Assembly: GCA_050251945.1 (NCBI GenBank)
Contig: JBFWLW010000003.1
Location: forward strand, 1 to 64,000
Length of the DNA stretch: 64,000 bases
Source of the DNA: Deferribacterales bacterium
Lineage (GTDB): Bacteria > Chrysiogenota > Deferribacteres > Deferribacterales > Geovibrionaceae
Reading direction: 5' to 3'
The notes below the pieces were generated by a model that did not search any database, had not been told where the DNA came from, and worked only from the letters and a program-made list of their open reading frames with translations. This document shows positions 47,325-57,293 of the stretch, in pieces. Each line of letters begins with the position of its first letter. Positions within the stretch are counted from its first letter, which is position 1. A program made the position numbers and the translations under genes.

Positions 47325-48638
47325 ATGGACGCAATAGCATTGTCCAGACTCCAGTTTGCACTCACGGCCGGTTTTCACTGGCTTTTTGTGCCGCTTACAC
47401 TGGGTCTGATAATTCTGGTCGCCATAATGGAGACCATGTATGTCCGCACAGGAGACAGGGTTTATCTGAACATGACCAAGTTCTGGGGGAAGCTTTTCCT
47501 GATAAATTTTGCCGTCGGTGTTGTAACGGGCATTACGCTGGAATTCCAGTTCGGCATGAACTGGGCGGAATATTCAAAATACGTCGGCGATATCTTCGGT
47601 GCGCCGCTCGCCATAGAGGCAACGGTGGCATTCTTTCTTGAATCAACATTTCTGGGCATCTGGATATTCGGATGGAAAAAAATAGGTAAAAAAACCCACC
47701 TCTTCGCCGTTTGGATGGTGGCTCTTGGTTCAAACCTCTCCGCACTCTGGATTCTCATAGCGAACGCATGGATGCAGCATCCTGTCGGCTACGTTCTGAG
47801 AAACGGCAGAGCAGAGATGGTGGATTTCGCCGCACTGATTTTCAGCCCCCATGCATGGGCAAAATTCTTCCATGCGGTATCTTCCGGCTGGGTAGTGGCT
47901 GCATTCTTCGTGATGGGCGTTTCCGCATACCATCTTCTCAGGAAAAACGAAACGGACTTTTTCAAAAGATCGCTCAAATTCGGAGCTGTTTTCGGATTGG
48001 CGGCCTCGCTGTTTCTGGCGCTCATAGGCGATACAAGCGGCGTTCAGGTTGCAGAAACACAGCCTTCAAAATTCGCCGCGATGGAATCGCTCTGGGAGAC
48101 CCAATCGGGTGCGCCTGAATACATGCTCGCAATTCCCGACAGCAAAAACGAACGCAACACAATAGAGATACTGCCTATCCCTAAACTGGCAAGCTTCCTT
48201 GCATTCCACGACTGGAATGCCGAAGTGAAGGGACTTAAAGAATTCGCCCCTGATATGCGCCCGCCCGTGGGGCTGACGTTCTTCAGTTTCAGGGCTATGG
48301 TGGGGCTTGGCACCTACTTCATTCTGGCGGCGGCTCTGGCGCTGTTTTTCATCCGCAAAGGAACGATTCAGGACAAATCATGGTTCCTGAAAGTTCTGCT
48401 GTTTTCAATCCCGCTTCCGTATATTGCGGGCGAGGTGGGCTGGATAGTGGCGGAGGTCGGCAGACAGCCCTGGATAGTATACGGGTTGATGAAAACTTCG
48501 GACGCTGTTTCAAAAAACCTCACAGTGGCGCACGTAGTGCTTTCACTGGTGGGTTTTGTGGCGTTCTACGGTTTGCTGGGCATAATAGATTTCATGCTTC
48601 TGGCAAAATATGCAAAAAAAGGACCTGAAAAGGCATAA
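47325..48638 (+). CDS. cydA: Cytochrome bd ubiquinol oxidase subunit I
   Basis: SRLQFA..FHWLFVP, EFQFGMNW, QPSKFAAME and EVGRQPW. Confidence 0.97.
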   Translation: MDAIALSRLQFALTAGFHWLFVPLTLGLIILVAIMETMYVRTGDRVYLNMTKFWGKLFLINFAVGVVTGITLEFQFGMNWAEYSKYVGDIFGAPLAIEATVAFFLESTFLGIWIFGWKKIGKKTHLFAVWMVALGSNLSALWILIANAWMQHPVGYVLRNGRAEMVDFAALIFSPHAWAKFFHAVSSGWVVAAFFVMGVSAYHLLRKNETDFFKRSLKFGAVFGLAASLFLALIGDTSGVQVAETQPSKFAAMESLWETQSGAPEYMLAIPDSKNERNTIEILPIPKLASFLAFHDWNAEVKGLKEFAPDMRPPVGLTFFSFRAMVGLGTYFILAAALALFFIRKGTIQDKSWFLKVLLFSIPLPYIAGEVGWIVAEVGRQPWIVYGLMKTSDAVSKNLTVAHVVLSLVGFVAFYGLLGIIDFMLLAKYAKKGPEKA

Positions 48639-48650
48639 GGAGGTGCAAAG

Positions 48651-49691
48651 ATGGAACTTTCTACTTTACAAATCATCTGGTTTGCCCTCTGGGGGCTTTT
48701 GTGGGCGGTTTATTTCATGCTGGACGGTTTCGACTTCGGCGCGGGTATGCTTATGCCCGTTCTGGCTGAGTCCGACACCGACAGAAGGGTTATTATAAAC
48801 ACTCTTGGTCCCGTATGGGACGGAAACGAGGTATGGCTTATCACTGCGGGCGGCGCAACCTTTGCGGCGTTCCCCACGACATATGCGTATATGTTCAGCT
48901 GGCTCTATCTGCCGCTTCTGGCTATACTTTTCTGTCTGATATTCAGAGGGGTTGCTTTTGAGTTCCGCGGCAAAAAAGACAGCGACGGATGGCGCAAGAC
49001 ATGGGACAGGGTCATAGTAACGTGCAGTTTCCTCGCCTCGCTGCTTTTCGGCGTGGCGTTCGGGAACATTTTCCGCGGTATCCCCATCAACATGGTCAAC
49101 GGCGAGTTCGTATACGAGGGCAATTTCTTTCTGCTGCTCAATCCTTACGCGCTCCTCACAGGTATCATGTTCGTGCTGATATTCGCATTCCACGGCGCAT
49201 TATGGGTATCCTGCAAAACGACGGGTGATTTACAGAAGAGAGCGGAAGAAACACACAAAAAGCTGTTTCTGCTTACGCTGGCTGTAATCCTGCTTTTCCT
49301 CATCTACACATGGTTTGACACATACCTGTTTGTAAACTATATGGAACTGCCCGCATGGTTCGCAGTTGTGGTTCTCTGTGTGGCGGCGTTCATAGCGGCG
49401 GGATTCATGAAAGGGGTGAAGGCATTTCTGCTGTCCTGTGCAGCCATAGTTCTGACAGTGTTCACAGGCATCATCGGGCTTTTCCCGAACCTGATACCTT
49501 CAAACATTGCGCCGGAGTTCTCGCTCACGGCATTCAACACATCTTCCAGCCAGTACACCCTGACCGTAATGACCTTTGTGGTACTTATTTTCGTACCCAT
49601 AGTTATCATATATCAGGTGTGGACATATTACATATTCAGGCATCCCGTGCGTCCGGAGGACGTTGCGGATCCTGATGTCGAAACCTACTGA
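48651..49691 (+). CDS. cydB: Cytochrome bd ubiquinol oxidase subunit II
   Basis: LDGFDFG, PVWDGNEVWL and RGVAFEFR. Confidence 0.97.
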   Translation: MELSTLQIIWFALWGLLWAVYFMLDGFDFGAGMLMPVLAESDTDRRVIINTLGPVWDGNEVWLITAGGATFAAFPTTYAYMFSWLYLPLLAILFCLIFRGVAFEFRGKKDSDGWRKTWDRVIVTCSFLASLLFGVAFGNIFRGIPINMVNGEFVYEGNFFLLLNPYALLTGIMFVLIFAFHGALWVSCKTTGDLQKRAEETHKKLFLLTLAVILLFLIYTWFDTYLFVNYMELPAWFAVVVLCVAAFIAAGFMKGVKAFLLSCAAIVLTVFTGIIGLFPNLIPSNIAPEFSLTAFNTSSSQYTLTVMTFVVLIFVPIVIIYQVWTYYIFRHPVRPEDVADPDVETY

Positions 49692-49724
49692 TAAATTTAA
49701 AGCCCGCTTTCAGCAAGCGGGCTC

Positions 49725-49864
49725 AGTTTGTTGACAAACTTAATTTTGATGAAATCAAATGAGACTGCTTCGTCGCAATGCTCCTCGCAGAGACAGTTTT
49801 TTGTCTTCGCGAGGAGCGCATGCGACGACGCGATCTCGCATTTTCCTGACTTTGTCATCAGTCT
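49725..49864 (+). mobile_element. MITE-like element, copy 3, flanked by a near-inverted terminator duplication
   Basis: Ends agtttgttgacaaact...actttgtcatcagtct; hairpins at 49699-49723 and 49865-49891. Confidence 0.75.
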
Positions 49865-49928
49865 AAAGCCCGCTTGCTAAAGGCGGGCTTTTTTCTGCCG
49901 TGTTTCAGACAGAACAGAAGGATGATGA
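49865..49928 (+). repeat. Direct repeat of about 64 bp, copy A (terminator plus 3' UTR)
   Basis: Nearly identical to 51967-52031. Confidence 0.8.
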
Positions 49929-49968
49929 AAAGTTGTCAAACATCATTTAGATCTGAGTTTACAACACT

Positions 49969-51855
49969 TTATGTAAGTTTAAACACTCCTGCGGTCTCCT
50001 TAAGGTCATCCGAAAGAGTATTGAGTTCGTTCGCAATATCCACAAGTCCGTTGAGCTGTTCAGCAGCCTTTGCCGATGCCGCTGATACGTCGGATATATT
50101 GGCGCTGATCTCCGATGTCGCCGCCGCCTGTTCCTCTGACGCGGCAGCCATCTGCGTTACCATGTCAAGGGTTACTGAAGCCGCAGAGATTATCTCATCC
50201 AATTTTCCGTTTGCCTTCTGCGCGACCCCTTTTCCCTCGACCACCATCTGAACACCCTGACGGATGCTCTCTGTGACCACTTTCGATTCGCCGTGTATCT
50301 CCGATATCATCCGGGATATCTCCCCTGTGGCGGTCTGTGTTCTCTCCGCAAGCTTACGCACCTCATCGGCGACAACCGCAAAACCTCTTCCGTGTTCTCC
50401 CGCCCGTGCCGCCTCTATCGCCGCGTTCAGCGCCAGCAGATTCGTCTGGTCTGCGATATCGTTAATGACGGTGGTTATCTCGTCTATCTGACCGACAGAA
50501 GCCGCCATCTTTTCAATCACCTGTGCCGAGCGGCTCACGGATTCGTTTATTTTATTCATCATTTCAACGGTATCAACAACTGAATGTTGTCCCTCCCTTG
50601 CACTGTTTTTGGTTATCTGCGCCTGAGAGGCAGCAGTGTTGGCGTTCTCCGCCACCTGCATCACAGTTGTGTTCATCTCCTCAATGGCACCCGCAAGGCT
50701 CAGAACGTCCGCCGACTGTTTGTTCAGCTCGCCGGATATGATATTTATATTCTTAGTTATCTCCGTACTCTGAACGGCAGCACCGTTTGAAAGCCCGTTT
50801 ATTTTTTTAAGTATCAGAGTAAGTTTTTCTATAAATCTGTTAAAGAACAATCCCGCTTCACTAAGTTCGTCTTTGCCTTTGTCGTCCAGCCTTTTCGTAA
50901 GATCGCCCTCGCCCTGTGCGATGTCCCTGAACATGCTTACCAGTCTGTTCAGCGGTTTAAAACCGTAAACCAGAACACCTGTCAGCACAGCCGCACTTAA
51001 CAGCAGCATGAAGATGCCTATCGAAACCGCCGCAAGAGTCTGCTGTTTAAGAGGTTCCAGAATTTCATCCTTATCTATCGTAAAAGCGCAGACCCAGCCG
51101 TTCTCCGGAACCACGGAATAGTAGAGCACCTTCTCTATTCCATCGAAGGTATATTCGTATTTGCCACTGGGAGAGCTTGACACAAGTTCTCTGAAACCTG
51201 GCATCTTGTCAAATGCGTTCGCCTTGAGGATAAGTTCCTTATTCGGGTTGGCGACCATTATCCCGTCCTTGTCTATGATAAAACTGTAACCGGATTTTCC
51301 GTATTTCTTCTGTACGCGTTCCATGAGCGAATCAATATTCATGGAACTGCTGATTGCACCTGCAAAAGAGCCGTTCACCTTTACGGGAGCATATATGACC
51401 ACCGTGGGAACCTTGTACTGTTTATGGATGAAAGGGGATGAAATGCTTGTCCGTTCAGTTTTCTTGACATCCAGATACCATTCCAGAGAATAGGGATCCC
51501 AGTCTGCGGGAGCAATCCAGCCTTCCGATTGAACATATCTGCCGCCGGTATCGAAAAGAACAAAAAACGAACGGAAATCATCCCTGCCGTTAAAAGGCTT
51601 AAGAGCTTTCATCACCCCTTCGTCCGTAATTCCTTCAAACCCAACACTCGCCGCGATTCCTTCCATAACGCTCTTATGCTCTTGTACCCACATGTTTATA
51701 GTGTGCGACAGGATATCGGTCTCTTTTTTAAGCCCGTCCTCCGTCATGTTTACCTGTATGTTGTAGGTTTTTCTTCCGGTCTGTAAAATGATAATAAAAA
51801 CAGTCAGCACCATCACGGACAGCGCCGCAAAGATTATCTTGGACTTAAGCTTCAC
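49969..51855 (-). CDS. Methyl-accepting chemotaxis protein (dCache sensor, HAMP)
   Basis: QTNLLALNAAIEAARAGEHGRGFAVVADEVRKLAERT; GGAGG RBS before GTG 51855. Confidence 0.95.
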   Translation of the reverse strand: MKLKSKIIFAALSVMVLTVFIIILQTGRKTYNIQVNMTEDGLKKETDILSHTINMWVQEHKSVMEGIAASVGFEGITDEGVMKALKPFNGRDDFRSFFVLFDTGGRYVQSEGWIAPADWDPYSLEWYLDVKKTERTSISSPFIHKQYKVPTVVIYAPVKVNGSFAGAISSSMNIDSLMERVQKKYGKSGYSFIIDKDGIMVANPNKELILKANAFDKMPGFRELVSSSPSGKYEYTFDGIEKVLYYSVVPENGWVCAFTIDKDEILEPLKQQTLAAVSIGIFMLLLSAAVLTGVLVYGFKPLNRLVSMFRDIAQGEGDLTKRLDDKGKDELSEAGLFFNRFIEKLTLILKKINGLSNGAAVQSTEITKNINIISGELNKQSADVLSLAGAIEEMNTTVMQVAENANTAASQAQITKNSAREGQHSVVDTVEMMNKINESVSRSAQVIEKMAASVGQIDEITTVINDIADQTNLLALNAAIEAARAGEHGRGFAVVADEVRKLAERTQTATGEISRMISEIHGESKVVTESIRQGVQMVVEGKGVAQKANGKLDEIISAASVTLDMVTQMAAASEEQAAATSEISANISDVSAASAKAAEQLNGLVDIANELNTLSDDLKETAGVFKLT

Positions 51856-51966
51856 CGTTTCCCTCCCGAACAATCAATAATTGTTGCATATCTGTGAACA
51901 GTATAGAAAAAAGCAGATGTAAAAAAAGTCCCAGACAGGCAAAATTCATAGAGCCCAGATATCAAA

Positions 51967-52031
51967 AAAGCCCGCTTGCTAAAGGCGGGCTTTTTTTCTG
52001 CCGTGTTTCAGGCAAAACAAAAGGATGATGA
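51967..52031 (+). repeat. Direct repeat of about 65 bp, copy B, containing a bidirectional terminator
   Basis: aaagcccgcttgctaaaggcgggcttt hairpin with A and T tails; same sequence as 49865-49928 but with no MITE beside it. Confidence 0.8.
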
Positions 52032-52036
52032 GATGT

Positions 52037-52708
52037 TTATTGCTGCTCTTCCGGAAGTCCTGTATTTTCCCGCTTAACTCCCGAAAACATAGAGCCGACC
52101 ATACCGAATATCCATGACGCGTAAGCATGGATTATCGCAAAAATTACCATAAAGACCGATACGAAAATATGCACCAGTCTTGTTGCCGCCGCCTGCGCAC
52201 CGAGGCTGGGAACTATTGCATGGCAGAATCTGTTCACGATGTCGAATGTTGAAGGAAACACCAGAGCAAGTCCGGTCAGCACCATCACTATCCACAGCAC
52301 AAACCAGCCCCACCATGCAACCACCTCTGTAGGGACTATCTTTTCAACGTATCTCTTTTTCTGAGCGTCATATTTTACGGGGCTATGCACCTTTTCGCCC
52401 GCAACGAAGGTTTTTATCTCGTGCATGAAAAAGTCGATGGCATACCCTATCCTTGAAACCCCGAACCATTTGTATTCACCGCTGACGATGAAGTAGTAAA
52501 GAAAGAAAGTAATGGTTCCAATCCATGCAAAACCTAGCACAAGGTGCAGACTGCGTCCGGCACTTCTTGTAAAAAGGGACAGATGCAGGTATTCGCTGAC
52601 GCCGAAACCGGAAAGAAGAAGCAGAAGCACCTCAAGAACTATCGCCCAGTGCAGAAGCCTGTAAAGAACGCTGTGTCTTTTGACCTCGACAGTATTATTC
52701 TTCGTCAT
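52037..52708 (-). CDS. Di-heme cytochrome b membrane subunit (FdnI/HyaC-like)
   Basis: Four TM segments with His ligands: RLLHW, SLHL, LVHI and IIHA. Confidence 0.85.
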   Translation of the reverse strand: MTKNNTVEVKRHSVLYRLLHWAIVLEVLLLLLSGFGVSEYLHLSLFTRSAGRSLHLVLGFAWIGTITFFLYYFIVSGEYKWFGVSRIGYAIDFFMHEIKTFVAGEKVHSPVKYDAQKKRYVEKIVPTEVVAWWGWFVLWIVMVLTGLALVFPSTFDIVNRFCHAIVPSLGAQAAATRLVHIFVSVFMVIFAIIHAYASWIFGMVGSMFSGVKRENTGLPEEQQ

Positions 52709-53771
52709 CGTTTTTCCCCTTAGTTATGCGTTTGTTGACGGCGTGTGCGCCTATACCCGCGATGGTTCCGATAACAGCTGCGCCTGCAAATGTCGTAACA
52801 TCAGTGCCGTATGCTGTTTTAAGGGTGTTGGGACCTCTGTGGGGTTCCATTTTCTCGTCGTGGCAGTCGCCGCAATCCATTTTGCCTCTGGTGAACTGAC
52901 CTGTTTCAAATTTTTCACCCTTGTCGTGGCATGTCATACAACCCACCGTGTCGTGTGAAAGCTTCATTGGGAAAACAGCGTCCAGTTCGCCTTTCATATG
53001 CGCGTTCAGCATTTTTACAGCCATAGCCGCAATATCCCCTGTGATACGTCCGCATCTTTCTGCACGTTCCTTTGATCCGCTGGCATAGCCGGATTTTTCG
53101 CACCATTTGCCCACGCTGACGTGGCAGAGAACGGAATCGCTGGCGGAGCGAAGAAGCGCTTTATCGGATTTCATCTTTTTAGGATAAAATTCGTGATGCA
53201 CTGCCATATCGTTTGATTCCTTCGTTGGAAACTCTTCAACTTCATAGTATCTGAGCAGTCTCTGGATCAGCTTTTCCGCCTGTTCCATAGGGAGTATGTA
53301 TGTGATGGCGCAGGCGGCTCCGTTTGGCGCACCGCAGAGAGTACCGAATCCGGCAACACCGCCGGCACCGTATGACATGGGAACCTGAAGCCCGTGTTTT
53401 TTGTTATCAATGTTTGCCATGAAATCATCCATGGTGGGCAGGGGGATGGTGGTGTAGGGATATCCGGCTTTTTCCTTAAGTGCAGTCATGATCCCCCAGA
53501 ATGCACCGCCTGCGCACTCCTGAAGGTAATAGCCGAGGTGTCCGAGCTTGCGCACATATTCAGGATCCAACTCCTGATATTTGCCCCATGGCAGCTTAGG
53601 CGTCTGACCGGGTTCTGTGGGAGTCGCAGGCTCCACAGCGTCCGGCTGGACTGCCGTTTCGGCAGGTTTTTCCTCATCCGCAAATGCATTGCCCGCTGCC
53701 ACACTGCAGACGGCGGCAGTTGACAAAGCAGCCACCCCCTTAATAAAATCCCTTCTGTTCAAAGTCTTCAT
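52695..53771 (-). CDS. Tat-exported split-Soret cytochrome c-like (C-GCAxxG-C-C family) protein with a C-tail anchor
   Basis: NRRDFIK; LPWGKY; ECAGGAF, LCG, CHVSV and RAERCG motifs; two CxxCH (CMTCH, CGDCH); hydrophobic C-terminus. Confidence 0.8.
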   Translation of the reverse strand: MKTLNRRDFIKGVAALSTAAVCSVAAGNAFADEEKPAETAVQPDAVEPATPTEPGQTPKLPWGKYQELDPEYVRKLGHLGYYLQECAGGAFWGIMTALKEKAGYPYTTIPLPTMDDFMANIDNKKHGLQVPMSYGAGGVAGFGTLCGAPNGAACAITYILPMEQAEKLIQRLLRYYEVEEFPTKESNDMAVHHEFYPKKMKSDKALLRSASDSVLCHVSVGKWCEKSGYASGSKERAERCGRITGDIAAMAVKMLNAHMKGELDAVFPMKLSHDTVGCMTCHDKGEKFETGQFTRGKMDCGDCHDEKMEPHRGPNTLKTAYGTDVTTFAGAAVIGTIAGIGAHAVNKRITKGKNDDEE

Positions 53772-54067
53772 GTGTTACCTCTCAGAAAAAAAGTATTAAA
53801 AGTACATATTGATATTCATGCGATTATCTCATCGCCTACCAACCACGCAAAAATACTGTCTGCGCAGAACTATAGTTAAGCGCACTAATTAAATGAACAT
53901 TGGTGAATTACAGATATTTGAACACAGTGCGACCGTTGCCGCAAATTGCGAATAATGAAGGATAAAATTAATTATAATTTAAAACTGTCTTGCTTTTACT
54001 AAACAATAGCACTATAAATATTATTATCCAATCAATAATACTTGATTCGCATATAAGGGAATCTTAT

Positions 54068-54952
54068 ATGAACATTACGATCAGACAGATTGAAACATTT
54101 TACTACACTGCAAAACTGGGCAGTCTTTCGCTTGCGGCGGATAAACTCTGCATTACGCAGGCGGCAGCCAGCATGGCTTTGAAAGAATTTGAACATCAGA
54201 TGGGCGAACAGCTCTTCGAGCGTGCCGGCAAAAAGCTGATACTCAACGGCAAGGGCAGCGCCATACTCGAAACCACGGCTGAAATACTATCGAAATCCTG
54301 CGAACTTGCCACTTTCTTCTCTGAAAAACCCTGCCTCTGCGGTAACGTCATTCTTGGTACCATCCCGTCCATAGCAAACTATGTAATGCCGGAGTACATC
54401 ACCAGCTTCATAGAAAAGAACAGAATGGGCAGCATCAACATACACATCGGCAACAGTCAGACTATCATCGACAGGGTTCTGCGGTTTGAGGACGACGCAG
54501 GCATCATCGACAAATGCTGCTGTCAGCCCACACTGCGCGCCCTTCCATGGCTTAAGGACGAACTTGCCATCTGCGTGTCCCCAAACCATCCGCTGGCGGA
54601 TAAAGAAGAGGTTACTAAAGACGATCTGCAAAACTGCAAATGGATAATGAGGGAATACGGCGCAGGTTCCAGAAGGGTTCTGGAGGCTCAGATAAAGACG
54701 CACGACATAAAACTGGACGTACTCTGCGAGATGGAGCACAACGAGGCTATAATGACCGCCGTTGCGGGCGGCGATGCGTTGAGCTGTCTTTCAAAGAACG
54801 TGCTTGCGGATATGATACGGCTGAACAGGATAAAGACTTTGAACACCCCGTTCATGAACATGCACAGGCAGTTTTATTTCATCATACATCAGGACAAGTA
54901 CCGCCCGAGGCTCCTGCGGGAGTTCATGAAACATATGGGACTGGAAAACTAA
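54068..54952 (+). CDS. LysR-family regulator (CysL/YeiE-like)
   Basis: AADKLCITQAAASMALKEFE HTH; WIMREYGAGSR; divergent from the cytochrome pair. Confidence 0.93.
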   Translation: MNITIRQIETFYYTAKLGSLSLAADKLCITQAAASMALKEFEHQMGEQLFERAGKKLILNGKGSAILETTAEILSKSCELATFFSEKPCLCGNVILGTIPSIANYVMPEYITSFIEKNRMGSINIHIGNSQTIIDRVLRFEDDAGIIDKCCCQPTLRALPWLKDELAICVSPNHPLADKEEVTKDDLQNCKWIMREYGAGSRRVLEAQIKTHDIKLDVLCEMEHNEAIMTAVAGGDALSCLSKNVLADMIRLNRIKTLNTPFMNMHRQFYFIIHQDKYRPRLLREFMKHMGLEN

Positions 54953-55635
54953 AGAGCCATATCAGCCGCCGTCTGCGCATGTATAACAGTTGTGTCGAAA
55001 ACAGCTATGGAGCTGTCCTGCGGTTTTATAAGCAGTCCTATCTCCGTGCAGCCGAGGATAACACCCTCCGCGCCGCGTTTCTCGAGACAATTTATGATAA
55101 GCTGATAGCGCAGTTTTGATTCGTGCTTTACTAAGCCCTGAACCAGCTCTTCGTAGATTATATTGTGAACCGTGTCTCTGTCCGCCTTTTCAGGCACTAT
55201 AACTTCCAGTCCGCTGTCGATAAGCCTCTGTTTATAAAAATCCTGCTCCATAGTGTAACGCGTGCCGAGCAGCGCAACTTTTTTCAAGCCCTGCGCCTTT
55301 ACGGCTGTGCAGGTTGCGTCGGCTATGTGGACGAAGGGTATCTTCACGCTGTTCTGTATTTTGTCCGCAACTTTGTGCATCGTGTTTGTGCAGAGCAGAA
55401 TGAAATCCGCGCCGCCCGCCTCAAGACGTTTTGCGGCATCGGCAAGAATCTCCCCCGCCTCGTCCCATCGGTTCTGCACCTGAAGAGTTTCTATCTCCGC
55501 AAAATCGACGGAATATATCAGACATTTTGCCGAGCTGAACCCGCCCAGCTTTTCTTTTATCCGCTGATTTATAAGTTTGTAATATTCTGCCGACGACTCC
55601 CAGCTCATGCCGCCGATAAGCCCTATAACCTTCAT
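54949..55635 (-). CDS. Aspartate/glutamate racemase-family protein (YgeA/RacX-like)
   Basis: IGLIGGMSWES, CTNTMH and LGCTEI; AGGAGG RBS before 55635. Confidence 0.92.
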   Translation of the reverse strand: MKVIGLIGGMSWESSAEYYKLINQRIKEKLGGFSSAKCLIYSVDFAEIETLQVQNRWDEAGEILADAAKRLEAGGADFILLCTNTMHKVADKIQNSVKIPFVHIADATCTAVKAQGLKKVALLGTRYTMEQDFYKQRLIDSGLEVIVPEKADRDTVHNIIYEELVQGLVKHESKLRYQLIINCLEKRGAEGVILGCTEIGLLIKPQDSSIAVFDTTVIHAQTAADMAL

Positions 55636-55708
55636 GATAGCGCCTCCTGTCACTCTAAGATTGTCAAGATAAAGCCTGTGTGTCAATATGTATGGTGAAA
55701 GGTGGTAC

Positions 55709-57292
55709 ATGAAAAAGAAATTTTACTCCCTGCCGATCCGTATGCAGATGCTTATTATGATCTCCTTCGTTGTTCTTCTTCAATTATTTTTCAGCGGAAT
55801 ACTTTTTTCCGGCATGGTTGCGGACTTCCTCAAGATACAGATAGGCGACAAAGCACTCCGCATAGCGGAAACAATCGCTTCGCTGCCGGAAGTTCAGGAA
55901 GCGGCTGCTCTTGGAGACCGGGACGGTGCCATGCAGGAACTTGCCGAAAATATCCGCAAATCCACAGACGCGCGCTACATTGTTATAGCCAACAGAGACG
56001 GAATACGTCTTTCTCATCCAAATCCGGAAAACATCGGAAAAAAATTCAGCGGAGTGGACTATTATGACGCTCTTCTCAACGGCAAATCATACGTTTCAGA
56101 ATCGGTTGGAACTCTGGGTCCATCCATCAGAGGTATAACGCCGATATTCTGCTATGGGGAAACAGTCGGGTTCGTCGCAGTCGGCTACCTTAAAAGCAGT
56201 GTACAGGCAACCATTTTTGAACATCAGAAAAAACCGCTGGTCTTCGTATTTATGATGCTCGTAACAGGGTTGACAGCCGCTGTTCTCATCGCAAATTACC
56301 AGAAAAAAGTCACTCTGGGGCTTGAACCGGCAGAGATAGCCGATCTTTTCATAGAGCGGACTGCGGTCATAGAATCTGTCCGTCCGGGAGTCATAGCGGT
56401 CAATGCAGATAAAAAAATACGCCTGATAAACAAGTCCGCCGTGAGGGCGCTTAATATAAACGACGATGTCACCGACCGGAACCTCAGTGAAATATTCCCA
56501 TCCGAACAGGTGGACAGGGTTCTCTTTTCAGGCGGAAACGCGGAGGACAGCGAAATATTCATCAGCGGAGTTTCAGTTCTCTGCAATATTATGCCTGTAA
56601 TGTATATGGACAGGATACAGGGTGCCGTTATAACATTCAGACGCAAAGATGAACTTGAAGTTCTGTCACAGGAGCTTAACCGAGTAAAAAGCCTGTCCGA
56701 TATGCTGCGCGTGCAGTCTCACGAATATTCCAATAAGCTCCACACGATAGCGGGACTTATCCAGCTGGGTGCATATCAGGAAGCGCAGGAGCTTATTCTT
56801 GCCGAAACCGCGGAATATCATGATATGATGTCCGCCGTGAACACTGCGATACCAGACCCGGTGGTGTCCGCCGTTGTCATGGGAAAATACAACAGGGCAA
56901 GGGAACTTAAAATTGATTTTGTGATATCAAAGGAAAGCAGCATGGCGGACATACCGCCCCGCATCGACAGGAAAAAAATTGTGACCATCCTCGGCAATCT
57001 GCTGGACAACGCTTTCGATGCCGTGCAGGATGCCCCGGAAAAACGTGTTGTCATGTCCATGCAGGATACCGGTTCATCCCTTATTTTCACAGTTGAGGAT
57101 TCAGGCACAGGAATGGACGGCGGGCTTTCTGAAGACATTTTCAACAAAGGGGTCAGCACAAAAGGCGAAGGCAGAGGGATTGGTCTTTATCTGGTGAGCC
57201 GCGCGCTCACAGAGCTTAAAGGTTCTGTCGGCATAGCCAAAAGCAGGCTCGGCGGTGTAAAATTCCGTATAAGCATCCCGAAAGAGGTGTGA
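55709..57292 (+). CDS. CitA/DcuS-family sensor kinase
   Basis: RLSHPNP and GTLGPSIR carboxylate-sensing motifs; PAS region; QSHEYSNKLH; GNLLDNA. Confidence 0.93.
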   Translation: MKKKFYSLPIRMQMLIMISFVVLLQLFFSGILFSGMVADFLKIQIGDKALRIAETIASLPEVQEAAALGDRDGAMQELAENIRKSTDARYIVIANRDGIRLSHPNPENIGKKFSGVDYYDALLNGKSYVSESVGTLGPSIRGITPIFCYGETVGFVAVGYLKSSVQATIFEHQKKPLVFVFMMLVTGLTAAVLIANYQKKVTLGLEPAEIADLFIERTAVIESVRPGVIAVNADKKIRLINKSAVRALNINDDVTDRNLSEIFPSEQVDRVLFSGGNAEDSEIFISGVSVLCNIMPVMYMDRIQGAVITFRRKDELEVLSQELNRVKSLSDMLRVQSHEYSNKLHTIAGLIQLGAYQEAQELILAETAEYHDMMSAVNTAIPDPVVSAVVMGKYNRARELKIDFVISKESSMADIPPRIDRKKIVTILGNLLDNAFDAVQDAPEKRVVMSMQDTGSSLIFTVEDSGTGMDGGLSEDIFNKGVSTKGEGRGIGLYLVSRALTELKGSVGIAKSRLGGVKFRISIPKEV

Positions 57293-57293
57293 A

